DNA of 64,000 nt from an uncultured Chloroflexia bacterium (GCA_963797095.1 CAWCNY010000002.1:672001-736000), one strand, 5' to 3'; positions 11,401 through 20,373 are shown, counted from the stretch's first letter. The notes: a model not told the origin generated them from the sequence alone. A program made the numbers and translations.

Positions 11401-14400
11401 ATCGGGGGCCAGCCAGAGGTCCTCTCCGGCATCGTGGGCACCCACAAACTCTTCAAAGTAGCGCCAGCTTTTCCGCGCCATGCGGCGTAGATAAACTCGA
11501 TCGCTCCGAGTGAGGGCATATGTTTCAGGTACTGGAGGCTTGCTCACCAGGTAGGCAACGACAGGCGAGAGCATCCAGGCGAGAAGGAACGGCATCGCGA
11601 CGATAATGGATGTGGGAATCCAGATGCCTAGAGCCACGGCAATGATGGCCGAGAAGGCGGAGATCTGCCACATTCTCTTGAGAAAATCGAGCGGCGTGCT
11701 CCCTGACGTGCGTTGCGCCTCACTCGCTGTCACCCATTCAAGAAGGTGGCGATGGGTAATATGCATCCGCACCAACGTACTCACCACAGCATCCAGCATC
11801 AGATATGCCATGTGCGCCAGGAAAGTGAGCGTCAGTAGCAGGTGCATCAAGTTGGTGAGAGCGTCGGCGAATACAGCGGAGAGATGGCGCGACCAGGATG
11901 TAATCACCGGCTTGCGCGGTACAGCCGTCAGTAGGTGCGAATAGAGCGGGAAGGCGAAGCAGAGCAGGACAAAGAGCGTCCAAAAGAACGGGGAAAGTGG
12001 AGCGATGAACCAACCCATGACGAGCAGCAAAACCGAAGCGGGTGCGACCAACGAACGGCGAAGGTTATCCGCTATCTTCCACCGGTTTATAGGCGTGATC
12101 GTATTGCGCACACGGTCCGTGTCCGAAGGGACTGTGGGGAATATCCAGGGAGATATCTGCCAATCGCCTCGTACCCAACGGTGGGAGCGTGCAGCGTACG
12201 CATCATAGCGTGAAGGGATATCGTCGTACAGGGCTATATCGCTGACAAGCCCCACGCGCGCATAGGTGCCTTCCAGCAGGTCATGGCTCAGGATTGCGTT
12301 TTTCGGAAAGCTCCCTCTTGTGGCTTGCTCGAAGGCATCTACGTCATAGATCCCCTTGCCAATGAAAATCCCTTCTCCGAAGAGGTCTTGGTAGGCGTTT
12401 GAGACCGCCGTGGTATAGGGATCCACGCCTGTGTGCCCCGAAAAGAGGTGTGAGAAGGGAGTCTTACCTGCGCTTTCCCAGGTAGTCTCAACACTTGGCT
12501 GGAGTATCCCGTACCCTACATTGACCATTCCGGTGCGGGGATCCAGCTCGGCCCGGTTAAGTGGGTGGGCCAGGGTGCCCACCAACCTGTGAGCTGCGTC
12601 CCTTGGCAGATCGGTGTCGGTGTCGAGAGTGATCACATACCGGGTGGCGGGGAGGAGAGCGAGGTCGCCAACTTGCGTGGTGAACGGGTTCTCCTGCACA
12701 TTCGGACCATATTGCATAAGCGGGGTGCCCCCTGGGCCGCGAACTCGCAGGAGGGCGTTGAAATCGACAAGTTTGCCGCGCTTCCTCTCCCACCCCATCC
12801 ATACCCCCTCTCTGGGGTTCCACTGCCGCTTGCGGTGAAAGAGATAGAAACGGTCTTCGCCGTGCACTGAGTTCAGGTTCTGTACTGCGTCGGATGCCGC
12901 CCGGACCAGATCGGCATCGCCGGGCATTTCCTCGTGGGGAGCATCAGCGAAATCACTGAGGATGGCAAATCGCAGGTTGGGGTCCTGGTTGGCAAGATAG
13001 AGTACTTCGATATGCTCTATGAGGGACTGCACGTCCGAGCTATTCTTGAAGAGGGTAGGTATAACGACAAAGGTGGTATGCTCTGCCGGGATCCCACCCG
13101 ACAAATCAAGCTTGGGCAGGACTCTGGGTGGCAGCAATAGGGTTACGACGAGGTTTACCAGGTGCGCAGCAAGCTCGCTCGCGGGGAGGACAGCTATCAG
13201 AAGGGCCAGGGCGACCCACAAAGGATAAGACTCTAGCGTATCGTTAGAGGCAAAACCGAAAAAGAGCCCCGCCACCAAACCCAAGGCGGTGAGAGATATT
13301 ATGGAGCCTACATATACCCTCGTAGGGTGGGCACGTAAGAAGCGCGACAGGGTCTCGCCCAGGCGTGATTTATACCCTGTAGCGGCCCGTAGCTGGTGCA
13401 CACCCCTTGCTACCAGGTAATAGCCTATGTGCGAGCGTCGAGAATCACCGGGATTATCCTCCTTTGAAGCATGGGCGGACTGAAGAGCCTGTTGGGCCAC
13501 CGCTCTCTCGGACTTACCAGATCGCCGTGCTATTCGCTCAACCACGTGCCGGTAGCGGTCACGGGTGGCAAAATCCATACTTGAGTAGATCCCCGCGGGA
13601 TCGGCACGTAGCAGCGCTTCCATCGCGCTCTGGCTCTCCACGAAATCTGACCAATTGGTTGCCGACACCCATCGCATGCTGCTGATCGTATTACCTACGG
13701 AAGCCTGGACCGCCGAGTGCTGGCCGAACTCCGCCCGCACTGCCTCTTCCGTACTCGATCCCGCGCTTGCCAGTTCCCTTTCCAGCCACTCCAGTATGGG
13801 AGACACGGCAGGGCCTGTCTCGCGCAGTCGCTGAAATAGGCGCACGACGAATGTCTGGGTAAGTTGCTCCGTGTCGCGCTCAAGCTCCGCAGGCAGCGTG
13901 ATTGGAGCGCCGAGCGAGTATGGTGGTGCCTGCGTTAGTCCTACGGACAAGAGTCGGTCTGCCCAAGCGTTTGCTGCATCCAACTGGCGTCTCGTGTTGG
14001 TTACTAATTGAGCCAGGCGGGCCAGGTTTTCGACCAACGCAAGACGGATCATGGCCGGAATCGCCCACAACTCGCCTATGTTAAGAGGAAGGGCAGACTG
14101 GTAGCCTCGGATAAATGCATCGATGTTGAGGATATCAACAATGCCATCGGTGTGGAGTATTAGTTCGCGCGCGGCGGCATAGACGCGCGGATAGCCCGCA
14201 TACTCTGTATCTCCCAGCCGAGGAAGTTGGAGGTAATAGCGGCGTGGTAAGTCGACACCTATTTCGTCCACCGTGTCACGCACGATGTGATAGTTGTCCA
14301 GCAGCCACTCGTCGCCGGGCATCAGAGGCTGCTTCTGACTCGCAGAAGCGTCAAGCTGAGCGTATGTCTCCTCAAGTGCGCGCCCGCTCTTCTCAGCCTT

Positions 14401-14616
14401 TGCGAGAAGCGGCTTTGCAGAGACACGACGCGTTACCGTCTCATGCTCGGAAGCTAGATCATGCGCGTACTCTTCAAGCCGCTCAAGGCTGAAAAGCTCA
14501 CCGCGTATTTGGTCTTGGGGGTCAGCTAAGGGGTGCGGTTGTTTGGAATGGCGGCGCCAGTCAGCAGTGAGGTCTGTCTTCATTTCGCATCGAATCTCGA
14601 TGGAGGCATAACCCAT
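5446..14616 (-). CDS. ndvB: Cyclic beta-1,2-glucan synthase (Cgs/ChvB/NdvB type: GT84 synthase, glucoamylase-like domain, GH94 phosphorylase)
   Basis: 3056 aa. Motifs WLLDNYH, WMGWERKRGKL, VITLDTDT, LSHDLLEG, RWVRGDWQ, PDNFQE, YDLLASEARL, SWTGTMFEYLMP, FYQSGGAYGFRDQLQD, GDWNDGMNRVG, RENGGQYTH, WYTGSASW. Confidence 0.95.
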   Translation of the reverse strand: MGYASIEIRCEMKTDLTADWRRHSKQPHPLADPQDQIRGELFSLERLEEYAHDLASEHETVTRRVSAKPLLAKAEKSGRALEETYAQLDASASQKQPLMPGDEWLLDNYHIVRDTVDEIGVDLPRRYYLQLPRLGDTEYAGYPRVYAAARELILHTDGIVDILNIDAFIRGYQSALPLNIGELWAIPAMIRLALVENLARLAQLVTNTRRQLDAANAWADRLLSVGLTQAPPYSLGAPITLPAELERDTEQLTQTFVVRLFQRLRETGPAVSPILEWLERELASAGSSTEEAVRAEFGQHSAVQASVGNTISSMRWVSATNWSDFVESQSAMEALLRADPAGIYSSMDFATRDRYRHVVERIARRSGKSERAVAQQALQSAHASKEDNPGDSRRSHIGYYLVARGVHQLRAATGYKSRLGETLSRFLRAHPTRVYVGSIISLTALGLVAGLFFGFASNDTLESYPLWVALALLIAVLPASELAAHLVNLVVTLLLPPRVLPKLDLSGGIPAEHTTFVVIPTLFKNSSDVQSLIEHIEVLYLANQDPNLRFAILSDFADAPHEEMPGDADLVRAASDAVQNLNSVHGEDRFYLFHRKRQWNPREGVWMGWERKRGKLVDFNALLRVRGPGGTPLMQYGPNVQENPFTTQVGDLALLPATRYVITLDTDTDLPRDAAHRLVGTLAHPLNRAELDPRTGMVNVGYGILQPSVETTWESAGKTPFSHLFSGHTGVDPYTTAVSNAYQDLFGEGIFIGKGIYDVDAFEQATRGSFPKNAILSHDLLEGTYARVGLVSDIALYDDIPSRYDAYAARSHRWVRGDWQISPWIFPTVPSDTDRVRNTITPINRWKIADNLRRSLVAPASVLLLVMGWFIAPLSPFFWTLFVLLCFAFPLYSHLLTAVPRKPVITSWSRHLSAVFADALTNLMHLLLTLTFLAHMAYLMLDAVVSTLVRMHITHRHLLEWVTASEAQRTSGSTPLDFLKRMWQISAFSAIIAVALGIWIPTSIIVAMPFLLAWMLSPVVAYLVSKPPVPETYALTRSDRVYLRRMARKSWRYFEEFVGAHDAGEDLWLAPDNFQEEPKGDLAHRTSPTDLGLLLLSTLSAHDLGYITVSELAQRIDSTLSSMERLERYKGHFYNWYDTLSGKPLPPEYVSTVDSGNLAGHLLALKWGCSELLDAPLLPPQLLQNMGDICGLIKSDLEALGADRRGPLHDAQHSTLDALMERVETIKNEVGYAQEEVKSTPRTVPEWVTLTTSLVQLTGDLATEARRLVGGRGWESPILGRGAIQAPAGQKYSKRNVDTVLELAFWTDSLARAVRSLEVEINSLVPWASMIESPPLLLKEERSNDPGRSEIAALWANLKELPGPIPSISEAPQWCTDCISDIKRLQVLIQAADLGEEALERSNSIRWLDRLSASVSESHAALDALSNRLGNLGARAGNMAREMGFGFLYDEERKLFAIGYNVTELQRDRSYYDLLASEARLASYVAIARGDVPQAHWFRLGRSVTGRGRDQTLISWTGTMFEYLMPNLVMPAYSGSLLDQTCAAAVRYQERYGRERRLPWGISESAYNALDSSQSYRYRAFGLPELGLKRGLSEDLVVAPYATQLALGIDPQSALDNLRRLSSLGMEGRYGFYDAIDFTRSRLAPGQSGAIVSTYMVHHLGMGLTAINNFLNGNPMVRRFEAEPEVRATLLLLQERVPRQAPAIPPHSSAEARAQAYREEVPPVVRGYNTPNTDVPRGHLISNGRYTVMMTNSGAGYSRWSSASETLAVTRWRDDWVRDPCGTFIYLRDMQSGATWSAAAAPFGGLPSGYHARFAPDKVEYFRRDGDIETQMEVVVSPEDDAEIRRVTLTNRSNRPRQIELTSYAEIALATQSADEAHPAFSKLFVETEYFPDYGALLASRRPRSAGDLRNWLVHVVAVARHDETTGALGSPFPDEYETDRMAFLGRGGTPAAPRAMMAGQLLGNTAGAVLDPIFSLRQKVRVAPGAKVQVSFVTAAAGTKEEAYALCDKYHDAAWAERAVAMSLSQAQLELRMLDISVDEAMQYQRLFSRMIYPRRGTRPPDATLARNTKGQQGLWAYSISGDLPILLVRIADLPETPLVRQALRAHEFWKRKGFDADLVILNEYPGGYIQPVQDELERLVASSHAHQMLNKPGGVYVKRADVMTEADHILLNSVARVVLVGNLGTLDVQLNREVPDIRLPLPKEFPRQEHAQPAASWTKAQSISPQPTAVPLSGEKGQNQNGFGDFTPDGREYVITLAGGRWAPQPWSNVITNYHFGCLLTESGMASTWSENSRENRLTPWSNDPVSDPPSEAIYIRDDESGAVMSPTPLPVRHLEPYTIRHGQGYTVYNHNSNGIEQTLLVSVPADDPVKVCKLTVRNSSTTPRKLSVTYYAELVLGVSREAVSRFIITEADREHSAILARNPYNPEFAERVAFAATSASDFTFTADRAEFLGRNGSLQAPAALERRGLSGRVGAGLNSCVALQCALNLQPGEERTVVFTLGEGDNADHARFLAAKYRDHGQVETEFQGTLRMWDWLLSAVVAETPDTAMNMLLNRWLLYQSISCRLWGRTAFYQSGGAYGFRDQLQDVMALVYAAPNIAREQILRCAGRQFREGDVQHWWHPPTGRGVRTRFSDDLLWLPFVTAYYVGATGDVGVLDEKVPFLQAPLLAPDQEDMYGTPTVSEEVGTLYDHCLRAIARGNTAGAHGLPLMGAGDWNDGMNRVGIEGKGESVWLGWFLYAVLDSFAPVCEQRGDGVRAGQFRDEMERLKGALESQAWDGEWYLRAFYDSGVPLGSSESEECRINSIAQSWAVISRAAEKSRTKKAMQSVEERLVLERERLILLLTPAFDKTAQDPGYIKGYLPGVRENGGQYTHAAVWTAVAHVLMGDGEGAYRLFQMLNPTNHARTPEETGRYKAEPYVVAADIYSHPQHIGRGGWTWYTGSASWLYRLGVEYILGLKLHADHFTVEPCIPSHWPGYSMNFRYRDSSYHISVEAGLGTSGEVIAVQLDGSSLLDCKVPLVNDGKTHEVRVLLKTSKVTTSTTDGSATSSTAS

Positions 14617-14769
14617 TGTAGTCTAAAGAGGCGATTCTTACTACCGTCGGAGCTGGACGTTCTATTCCTGAGTTCTCCTGATGAGCGTGCCCAGTTGAGT
14701 AAGTGCTTCCTTCTTGCTAGTGGGGCGGACAGGAACTAAAGGACCAATTGGGCGCGGACCGTTTGATAC

Positions 14770-15565
14770 ACAACATTGGTGCGGGCTACCTGAACTGCCT
14801 GCGGAGCCACTTCTCGAACCGCTTCTGCATACGCACCACCCCGATCCCTGCTGACAATCTTTAGTCCCGAGCTATTGCTGTCCCACTACCGATACCGTTA
14901 CCCTCCAGGTAATGGTGCCCTCTGGTCAGGCTCGGAAGCGCTGACTGCGCTGACTGCGCTGACTGCGCTGACTGCGCTGACTGCGCTGACTGCTCGTACG
15001 AGCCTCAGGATACTACCTGGGGTGGCAGGTATCCTCATAAGCTTTGCCAATCGCGTTCCCGCCTTCCCTCCCAGGGCCAGCCCAATTGCTTGCAGCCAAT
15101 TCTTGCACTGTTTGGTGCGGTGAGCATAGGCGACGATCTGCTCACCCAGCCGCTCTGCAAAGGTACGGCGAGGGCATGCGGTGTTGGAGCAGACGAAGCG
15201 GCGTGCTCGTATTTGCAACTGTACACTCAATCCTCCCCAGGAGAGGTCTTGCACAGTGCGAGGGTAATAGCAGTGAATTCGGGATGAGGGCATCTGGAAG
15301 AGTGGGCAGCGGGCTGTGGGGGCAGTACTAATAACGGTGAGAAGAAGCAGTTGAGCACGAAGACCATTCTCATATTCACTCTCAGGCTGTACAAGTTGGA
15401 TTAGTTTCAGACCCGAGCAGTGAGGTAACAGGAAGTCCATGTCCATTTGAGCAACGGGTTCCTCCTTGCTGAGTACTTGCCTGGTCTTCAGCGACGAAGA
15501 GAGGCTACTCAATCTACGGAAAGGGTTGGAACTCGTTACCTGACCACCAACTTTGCCTCAGAACC
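14770..15565 (-). mobile_element. ISL3-family transposase remnant
   Basis: Zn-finger-like CPLFQMPSSRIH...YPRTVQDLSWGG...RRFVCSNTACPRRTFAE, and downstream IVSRDRGGAYAEAVREVAPQAVQVA. GGTTCTGAGGCAAAGTTGG left-end-like sequence at ~15547-15565 (minus). Internal deletions. Confidence 0.78.
14938..14993. repeat. 9-bp tandem repeat (GCGCTGACT)x6
   Basis: Six exact copies inside the ISL3 remnant, read as (AVS)n. Confidence 0.95.
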
Positions 15566-15625
15566 CACTTTCGTTCCAATGATACTCACAGGCCAAGCCC
15601 TGTGGTAAGCCCAAGATAATGCCAT

Positions 15626-15706
15626 AGCCCCGTAGGGGCGTAAGAACAGGATCTCTACAGTCCTGTATGATATAATGACGCAACCCTCTTACGTCCCTTC
15701 GGGACT
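15626..15706. repeat. REP/REPIN-like inverted doublet
   Basis: AGCCCCGTAGGGGCGTAAGA (15626-15645) and TCTTACGTCCCTTCGGGACT (15687-15706) are inverted copies (17/20), each with an internal hairpin. Confidence 0.55.
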
Positions 15707-15780
15707 TGCCTTGGGTGGTATTCCATCTTACAAGGGTGCAACTTACTTTGCCGTTTTGTGCTAGATGGTAGTCGGTATCC

Positions 15781-16437
15781 CTACCAGCTATAGCCAATCG
15801 CCGTTAGGAAGGCCCTTGCCAGCACAAAATGCCCCGTCAGGTTCGGGTGTACGCGGTCGCCTGCCAGCGCATAAGGGTGGGCACTCTTCAATACCTCGTC
15901 AAACGCCGCCTGCGTGTCCACAAATACCGCTCCATACTTATCCGCCAGGGCGCGCACCGTCTCCCCATAACGGCCCATCATCTCGCGCATCGGGTCCGCC
16001 CGGTTTAGCTCGACAAAATAGGGCGTCATCAACACCAGCCCCTTCAGTTCGGGCGTAGTCGTGCGCACCAACCCCTCCAGCGTACGCGCATACTCGTCAT
16101 GCGGCACCTGCTGTTCAGGCTGCAACCACCGGTCGAAATGCCTCCACACATCGTTGATCCCGATCATGATCGACAGCCAATCGGGCTTCAGGTCAAGCAC
16201 ATCGCTTTGCCATCGAGTCTTCAGGTCGCGCACGGTGTTCCCACTGACCCCCATATTGACGATCCGTATCCGCATTTCCGGGTAAGTTGCCCCGATCAAC
16301 CCGTTCACCAGGCTCACATAACCCGTTCCAAGCGAGTCGTCGGTCGCCTCCGCCACCGGGCGCTCTCGACCGCAGTCGGTAATAGAATCACCTATGAACA
16401 GAAGTTTACTACCGGGCTGAATTAGCATCTCATTCAA
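15781..16437 (-). CDS. SGNH/GDSL-family hydrolase (acetylxylan esterase-like)
   Basis: FIGDSITD, NMGVSGNT, IGINDV, DRVHP. Confidence 0.92.
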   Translation of the reverse strand: MNEMLIQPGSKLLFIGDSITDCGRERPVAEATDDSLGTGYVSLVNGLIGATYPEMRIRIVNMGVSGNTVRDLKTRWQSDVLDLKPDWLSIMIGINDVWRHFDRWLQPEQQVPHDEYARTLEGLVRTTTPELKGLVLMTPYFVELNRADPMREMMGRYGETVRALADKYGAVFVDTQAAFDEVLKSAHPYALAGDRVHPNLTGHFVLARAFLTAIGYSW

Positions 16438-16458
16438 TTATGCTTTTGCTGAATATCC

Positions 16459-17778
16459 TTACGCTGAGGCCTCTTTCTTCCGCAGCCACGGCAGCCACAG
16501 CACCATGAGCACCAGCGCAAATACCGACATCCATGCCCCGAAGACGAAGGTAGCGGGTGCGCCCGCCACGCTCCACAGCCACCCCCCAAGCAAGTTGGCG
16601 GGCAAAGCCGAGAACCCGGTCAATCCGTTGAACCACCCCATAGCCGTGCCCCTGGCGCTCCTCGGTATCATGTCGGTTACAAACGCTTTGGCTACCCCCT
16701 CGGTGGCCGCTGCGTAGATGCCATATACCAGGAACAGCACCCAGGTCTGCCATGTTTGCGTTGCTATTGCCCACCCTGCGTACACCAACGAAAAGGCTCC
16801 ATATCCCGTCAGCAATACCGGGATGCGTCCGAACCTGTCACTCAACACACCAAGCGGAGTAGCCAGCAGCGCGTACACGATGTTGTACCCGAAATAGAGC
16901 AGCGGCACCACCACCACCGAGCTATCCAGGTCGGCGCTCCGCAAGAAAATAAAAGCGTCCGACGAGTTGCCAACCGCGAATATCGTCGAAATGGCCGTGA
17001 ACATCCAGAAGCGCGTGCCAAGTTGCGAAGCTCTTATCTGGACTTTCGGTTTGTCCTCTGCCTTCTCCTTTGCCTTCTCTGCTTCTTTTTCGGCCTCCGG
17101 TCCTGTCGCCGGTCGCTTTCTCTCTCTGAGGAACAGCAGTATAACCAGCACCGCCAGCGCGCCCGGCACAGCCGTCCACGCAAACACCGACTGGAGGTTC
17201 CCCGAAGTAGCAAGCAAGATCAAATAGGTGAGAATAGGTCCCACTGCCGCGCCCAGCGTGTCCATGCTACGGTGGAACCCGAACGCCTTGCCCATATACT
17301 GCTTGGGCGTCGAGTCGGCCATCATCGCATCTCGCGGGCTACCCCTCACCCCTTTCCCCACCCTATCCAGGAAAATCAACCCCAGGGCAGCGGGCCAACT
17401 CGATACGAGTGACAGCAGTGGCTTGACGCTATTGGAAAGGCCATACCCAAAAATAATCAGCGGCCTGCGGCGGCTCGCACGGTCGGCCATCCGCCCCGCC
17501 CCTATCTTCAACAGGCTGGCGGTGCTCTCCGCTACTCCTTCGATCAGACCAGCGATAGGCAATGGCGTGCGCAGGATCAGCACCAGGAACAATATGCGGA
17601 TCGGCACGATCATCTCACTGCTGACATCGGTGAAAAAACTCACCATGCCAAGCACGATCACATTGCGCGAAATCCCCGCCTTCAGCCGCCCAAAAAGCCC
17701 CTGTGGCTGCTGTCCTGCGGCATCAGGCGTAGCCTCCGCGTCCACATTCTCTTGTGTAGTTCCAGTAACCGTAGCCAT
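16459..17778 (-). CDS. MFS transporter
   Basis: About 12 hydrophobic segments. GRMADRASRRRP and GVLSDRFGR motif A. VSFFTDVSSEMI/DRVGKGVRGSPRDA subfamily signature. Confidence 0.92.
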   Translation of the reverse strand: MATVTGTTQENVDAEATPDAAGQQPQGLFGRLKAGISRNVIVLGMVSFFTDVSSEMIVPIRILFLVLILRTPLPIAGLIEGVAESTASLLKIGAGRMADRASRRRPLIIFGYGLSNSVKPLLSLVSSWPAALGLIFLDRVGKGVRGSPRDAMMADSTPKQYMGKAFGFHRSMDTLGAAVGPILTYLILLATSGNLQSVFAWTAVPGALAVLVILLFLRERKRPATGPEAEKEAEKAKEKAEDKPKVQIRASQLGTRFWMFTAISTIFAVGNSSDAFIFLRSADLDSSVVVVPLLYFGYNIVYALLATPLGVLSDRFGRIPVLLTGYGAFSLVYAGWAIATQTWQTWVLFLVYGIYAAATEGVAKAFVTDMIPRSARGTAMGWFNGLTGFSALPANLLGGWLWSVAGAPATFVFGAWMSVFALVLMVLWLPWLRKKEASA

Positions 17779-17851
17779 CTACAAAATTCTCACCCAAACA
17801 CCCAATAACCATTCACCAACCACTCGTCACCCGGTACTCGTCACTCATCAC

Positions 17852-19384
17852 TCAATCAATCTCCCCCTGAGGCGCATTGTTCTCAGGGAATGACCGCGCC
17901 GCCCACCATATTCCATCTAATTCCCCGTCAGGCTCGAAACGCTGGATAACGCGGCTCTGCCAGTCGGCCACATATATTCGCCCCTGGGCGTCCTGCGCCA
18001 GCCCGCCCAACCCCTGGAACTGGCCGGGCCATATCCCCGGCTCTCCTATTTTGCCCATAATCGCGTTCAACTGCGGATTGATCCTGAACACCCGGTTATT
18101 TCCCAGGTCCGACACAAGCACATCCCCGTTCTTCAGCACCAGCATCGCCTGGTATGGAATCTGTAATCCCTGTTCCGGCAGCGGCAGCGTGCTCGTCATC
18201 ACCGTTCCACTGGTAGGGTCTATCCTGTTAAATATATTCGGCCCAAGCGCAAGGAGCTTACCGTTGCTATCCGGGTATATCCCGAAAGGCTGGTAAGCCA
18301 CGTCCACCTCCCTTTGCAATTTGCCATCGTAATCGTAGATATAGATCTTGCCGAAGCGCGACGCCAGATAAATCCGCTCGTCATCGGTCGCCACGCACCC
18401 GCGCGTTGGCCCATAACCATCGGGAGTGGTCCAGCGAGCCGTGATATTTCCGTCTCTGTCGAACCTCAAGACCTTATACCCGGTTGGGTCCAGCGTATCC
18501 ACCGTATACAGGTTGTCGTTGCGATCCACAGCCAACCCGCAGAAATCGAACGCACCCGGCAGACCCGCCCCCAGGCTCACACTCCCCGCCCCGCCGATAG
18601 GTGTCGGCGATGGTGCCAGGTTGATGTTAGCCAGCCGCAATTCCTCCTCGATCCCTACCGGCAGTATGCCAGGTCCCGGCGTTGGAGGCACAGGCGCTAG
18701 TGCCGGGCGAATGGTCCCTTTCGGCGCGCCGCTCTCATCGAAAACCCAAATAACCCCCGCGTAACCGTCCGAGGCATATATCGTGTTGTGGCTATCCACC
18801 GCCAGCCAGTACGGCGAAAAATTGACCACAGGCAGAGGTATGTTCCATCCAAACAGAGCCGAGCCGGTCGCAGGCCCGCCCCAGAACAGTACCGCCGCCA
18901 CCGTCGAGATCAGGAACGCTCCAACCGCGCGCCCCAGCCAGGAAGGAGGCCGCATCAAAAACGCCCATGACCCCATCACAAGCAGGATCAGCACGATACG
19001 CAGCGGCCAGATCGCCAATATAGGCACGCTCAACGGGCTGGGTTGGGTAGTTGCTTGCACCGCCACCGTAACAAACACCAAACCCACGCCCACATAGAAC
19101 AGGCGCATATTTCGGATCAGGACGGCAACCCATACCACCGCCAGTTCCAGGCCCACAGCCACCAGCGTTTCCGCGTGATAGGCTTCAAAATGGAAATACA
19201 CAGGGTCGAGCCAGGCAAGGATCCACGCCGCCCCCGTCAGGAAGATCGTCGGGATCAATAGATCGCGGCCCTCCCCTGCGGGTGCCTCGACGTTGATATT
19301 CCCCTCCATGGGTGTTACGACGGCAGCGGTTTCGCCTGTGCTTATCTCGCTGTTAGGTGTTTCGCCGGTCAGTGAGGAAGTCAT
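17852..19384 (-). CDS. Membrane-anchored NHL-repeat beta-propeller protein
   Basis: About 5 N-terminal TM helices, then LAVDSHNTIYASD, GLAVDRNDNLYTVD, GDVLVSDLGNNRV, GLAQDAQGRIYVADWQSRVIQRF. Confidence 0.85.
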   Translation of the reverse strand: MTSSLTGETPNSEISTGETAAVVTPMEGNINVEAPAGEGRDLLIPTIFLTGAAWILAWLDPVYFHFEAYHAETLVAVGLELAVVWVAVLIRNMRLFYVGVGLVFVTVAVQATTQPSPLSVPILAIWPLRIVLILLVMGSWAFLMRPPSWLGRAVGAFLISTVAAVLFWGGPATGSALFGWNIPLPVVNFSPYWLAVDSHNTIYASDGYAGVIWVFDESGAPKGTIRPALAPVPPTPGPGILPVGIEEELRLANINLAPSPTPIGGAGSVSLGAGLPGAFDFCGLAVDRNDNLYTVDTLDPTGYKVLRFDRDGNITARWTTPDGYGPTRGCVATDDERIYLASRFGKIYIYDYDGKLQREVDVAYQPFGIYPDSNGKLLALGPNIFNRIDPTSGTVMTSTLPLPEQGLQIPYQAMLVLKNGDVLVSDLGNNRVFRINPQLNAIMGKIGEPGIWPGQFQGLGGLAQDAQGRIYVADWQSRVIQRFEPDGELDGIWWAARSFPENNAPQGEID

Positions 19385-19488
19385 AACATTCTTTCATTGG
19401 CAAGTATACACTATCCGGCGCTTCCATCAAAAGGACCGCCAGGCGACCTTCCTCACCTCTCTACCTACCCCAATACCCCACCCAAATA

Positions 19489-20373
19489 TCAGCGTTCTTC
19501 TCGCCCCTGCCACGCTTCCCACTCGCCGTCGTGCAGGGTGCGCCCCTTACCGGTGACACTCCATACCCCACGCCCCGCTATCTCCGTCAGCCCCTCGGCT
19601 TGCAAGGCGCTCTGGGCCACCGACACGCGCTGCCCGAACTCCGCCGGCGGCGGCGTAGGCACTTCGGGGAACCATCGCGCCACCGACACGATAGCATCAG
19701 CGCGGCTCAACTCGCCACCCGCCATCACCAGGGCGTGCAGCAACGGCAAATGCAGGCGCGATGCTCCCGGCAATCCCAGTTTCCGGCGCTGTCCCTGTAC
19801 CCCTCCTGGTATCGCTGACTGGGCTGAATAGTTCATCGGAGCAGCCCCAGGAGGCGTGACCGACACGTTCCCTTCCTGCGACACCATATATACACACGCG
19901 CGTGATGCCGCCATGAACCACCGCAGACGCTGTAGATAGCGCACATAACTCGCCATTGCCGGGATCGCCAGCCCAAGCTCAAGGTCCGGGTCCGCCCCCC
20001 TCCCCAGTGCAATATCTAGTACAGCCTGCGCGATCCAGCCCCTGGCCACCACTTCCGGGCGAGAGTTGCGCGGTTGCCCAGCCAGCGAGCCGCGAGTGTA
20101 GAGGGGACTCGGCCAGCCGCGCACCACAACCAGGCGTTGAATGCTAACGCCGTCGTTTGTACGCTCGGCTACTATTTCCAGGCCCTGCTCCGCAGGCACA
20201 GGATGGCCGGGGCTGAGAATGCTGAATCCCTCTTCCACCTTCATATATTCTATGACACGTGCCTGCACGTTCCCTTCCCAGAACCAATCGTCCTCTCGCT
20301 TCCACTCACCTTCCATTAAGCGCGTTCCTCCATCAAAGAGATTTTCCGCCTCTCCCATCAAAGAACACTCCAC
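19489..20373 (-). CDS. Hypothetical protein: degenerate restriction-endonuclease-like domain plus C-terminal Mrr-N-like winged helix
   Basis: WFWEGNVQARV...GLEIVAER...LVVVRGWPS, where GxDI...vEvKG would be expected. C-terminal PLLHALVMAGGELSR...QRVSVAQSALQAEGL...RGVWSVTGKGR. Confidence 0.6.
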   Translation of the reverse strand: MECSLMGEAENLFDGGTRLMEGEWKREDDWFWEGNVQARVIEYMKVEEGFSILSPGHPVPAEQGLEIVAERTNDGVSIQRLVVVRGWPSPLYTRGSLAGQPRNSRPEVVARGWIAQAVLDIALGRGADPDLELGLAIPAMASYVRYLQRLRWFMAASRACVYMVSQEGNVSVTPPGAAPMNYSAQSAIPGGVQGQRRKLGLPGASRLHLPLLHALVMAGGELSRADAIVSVARWFPEVPTPPPAEFGQRVSVAQSALQAEGLTEIAGRGVWSVTGKGRTLHDGEWEAWQGREER

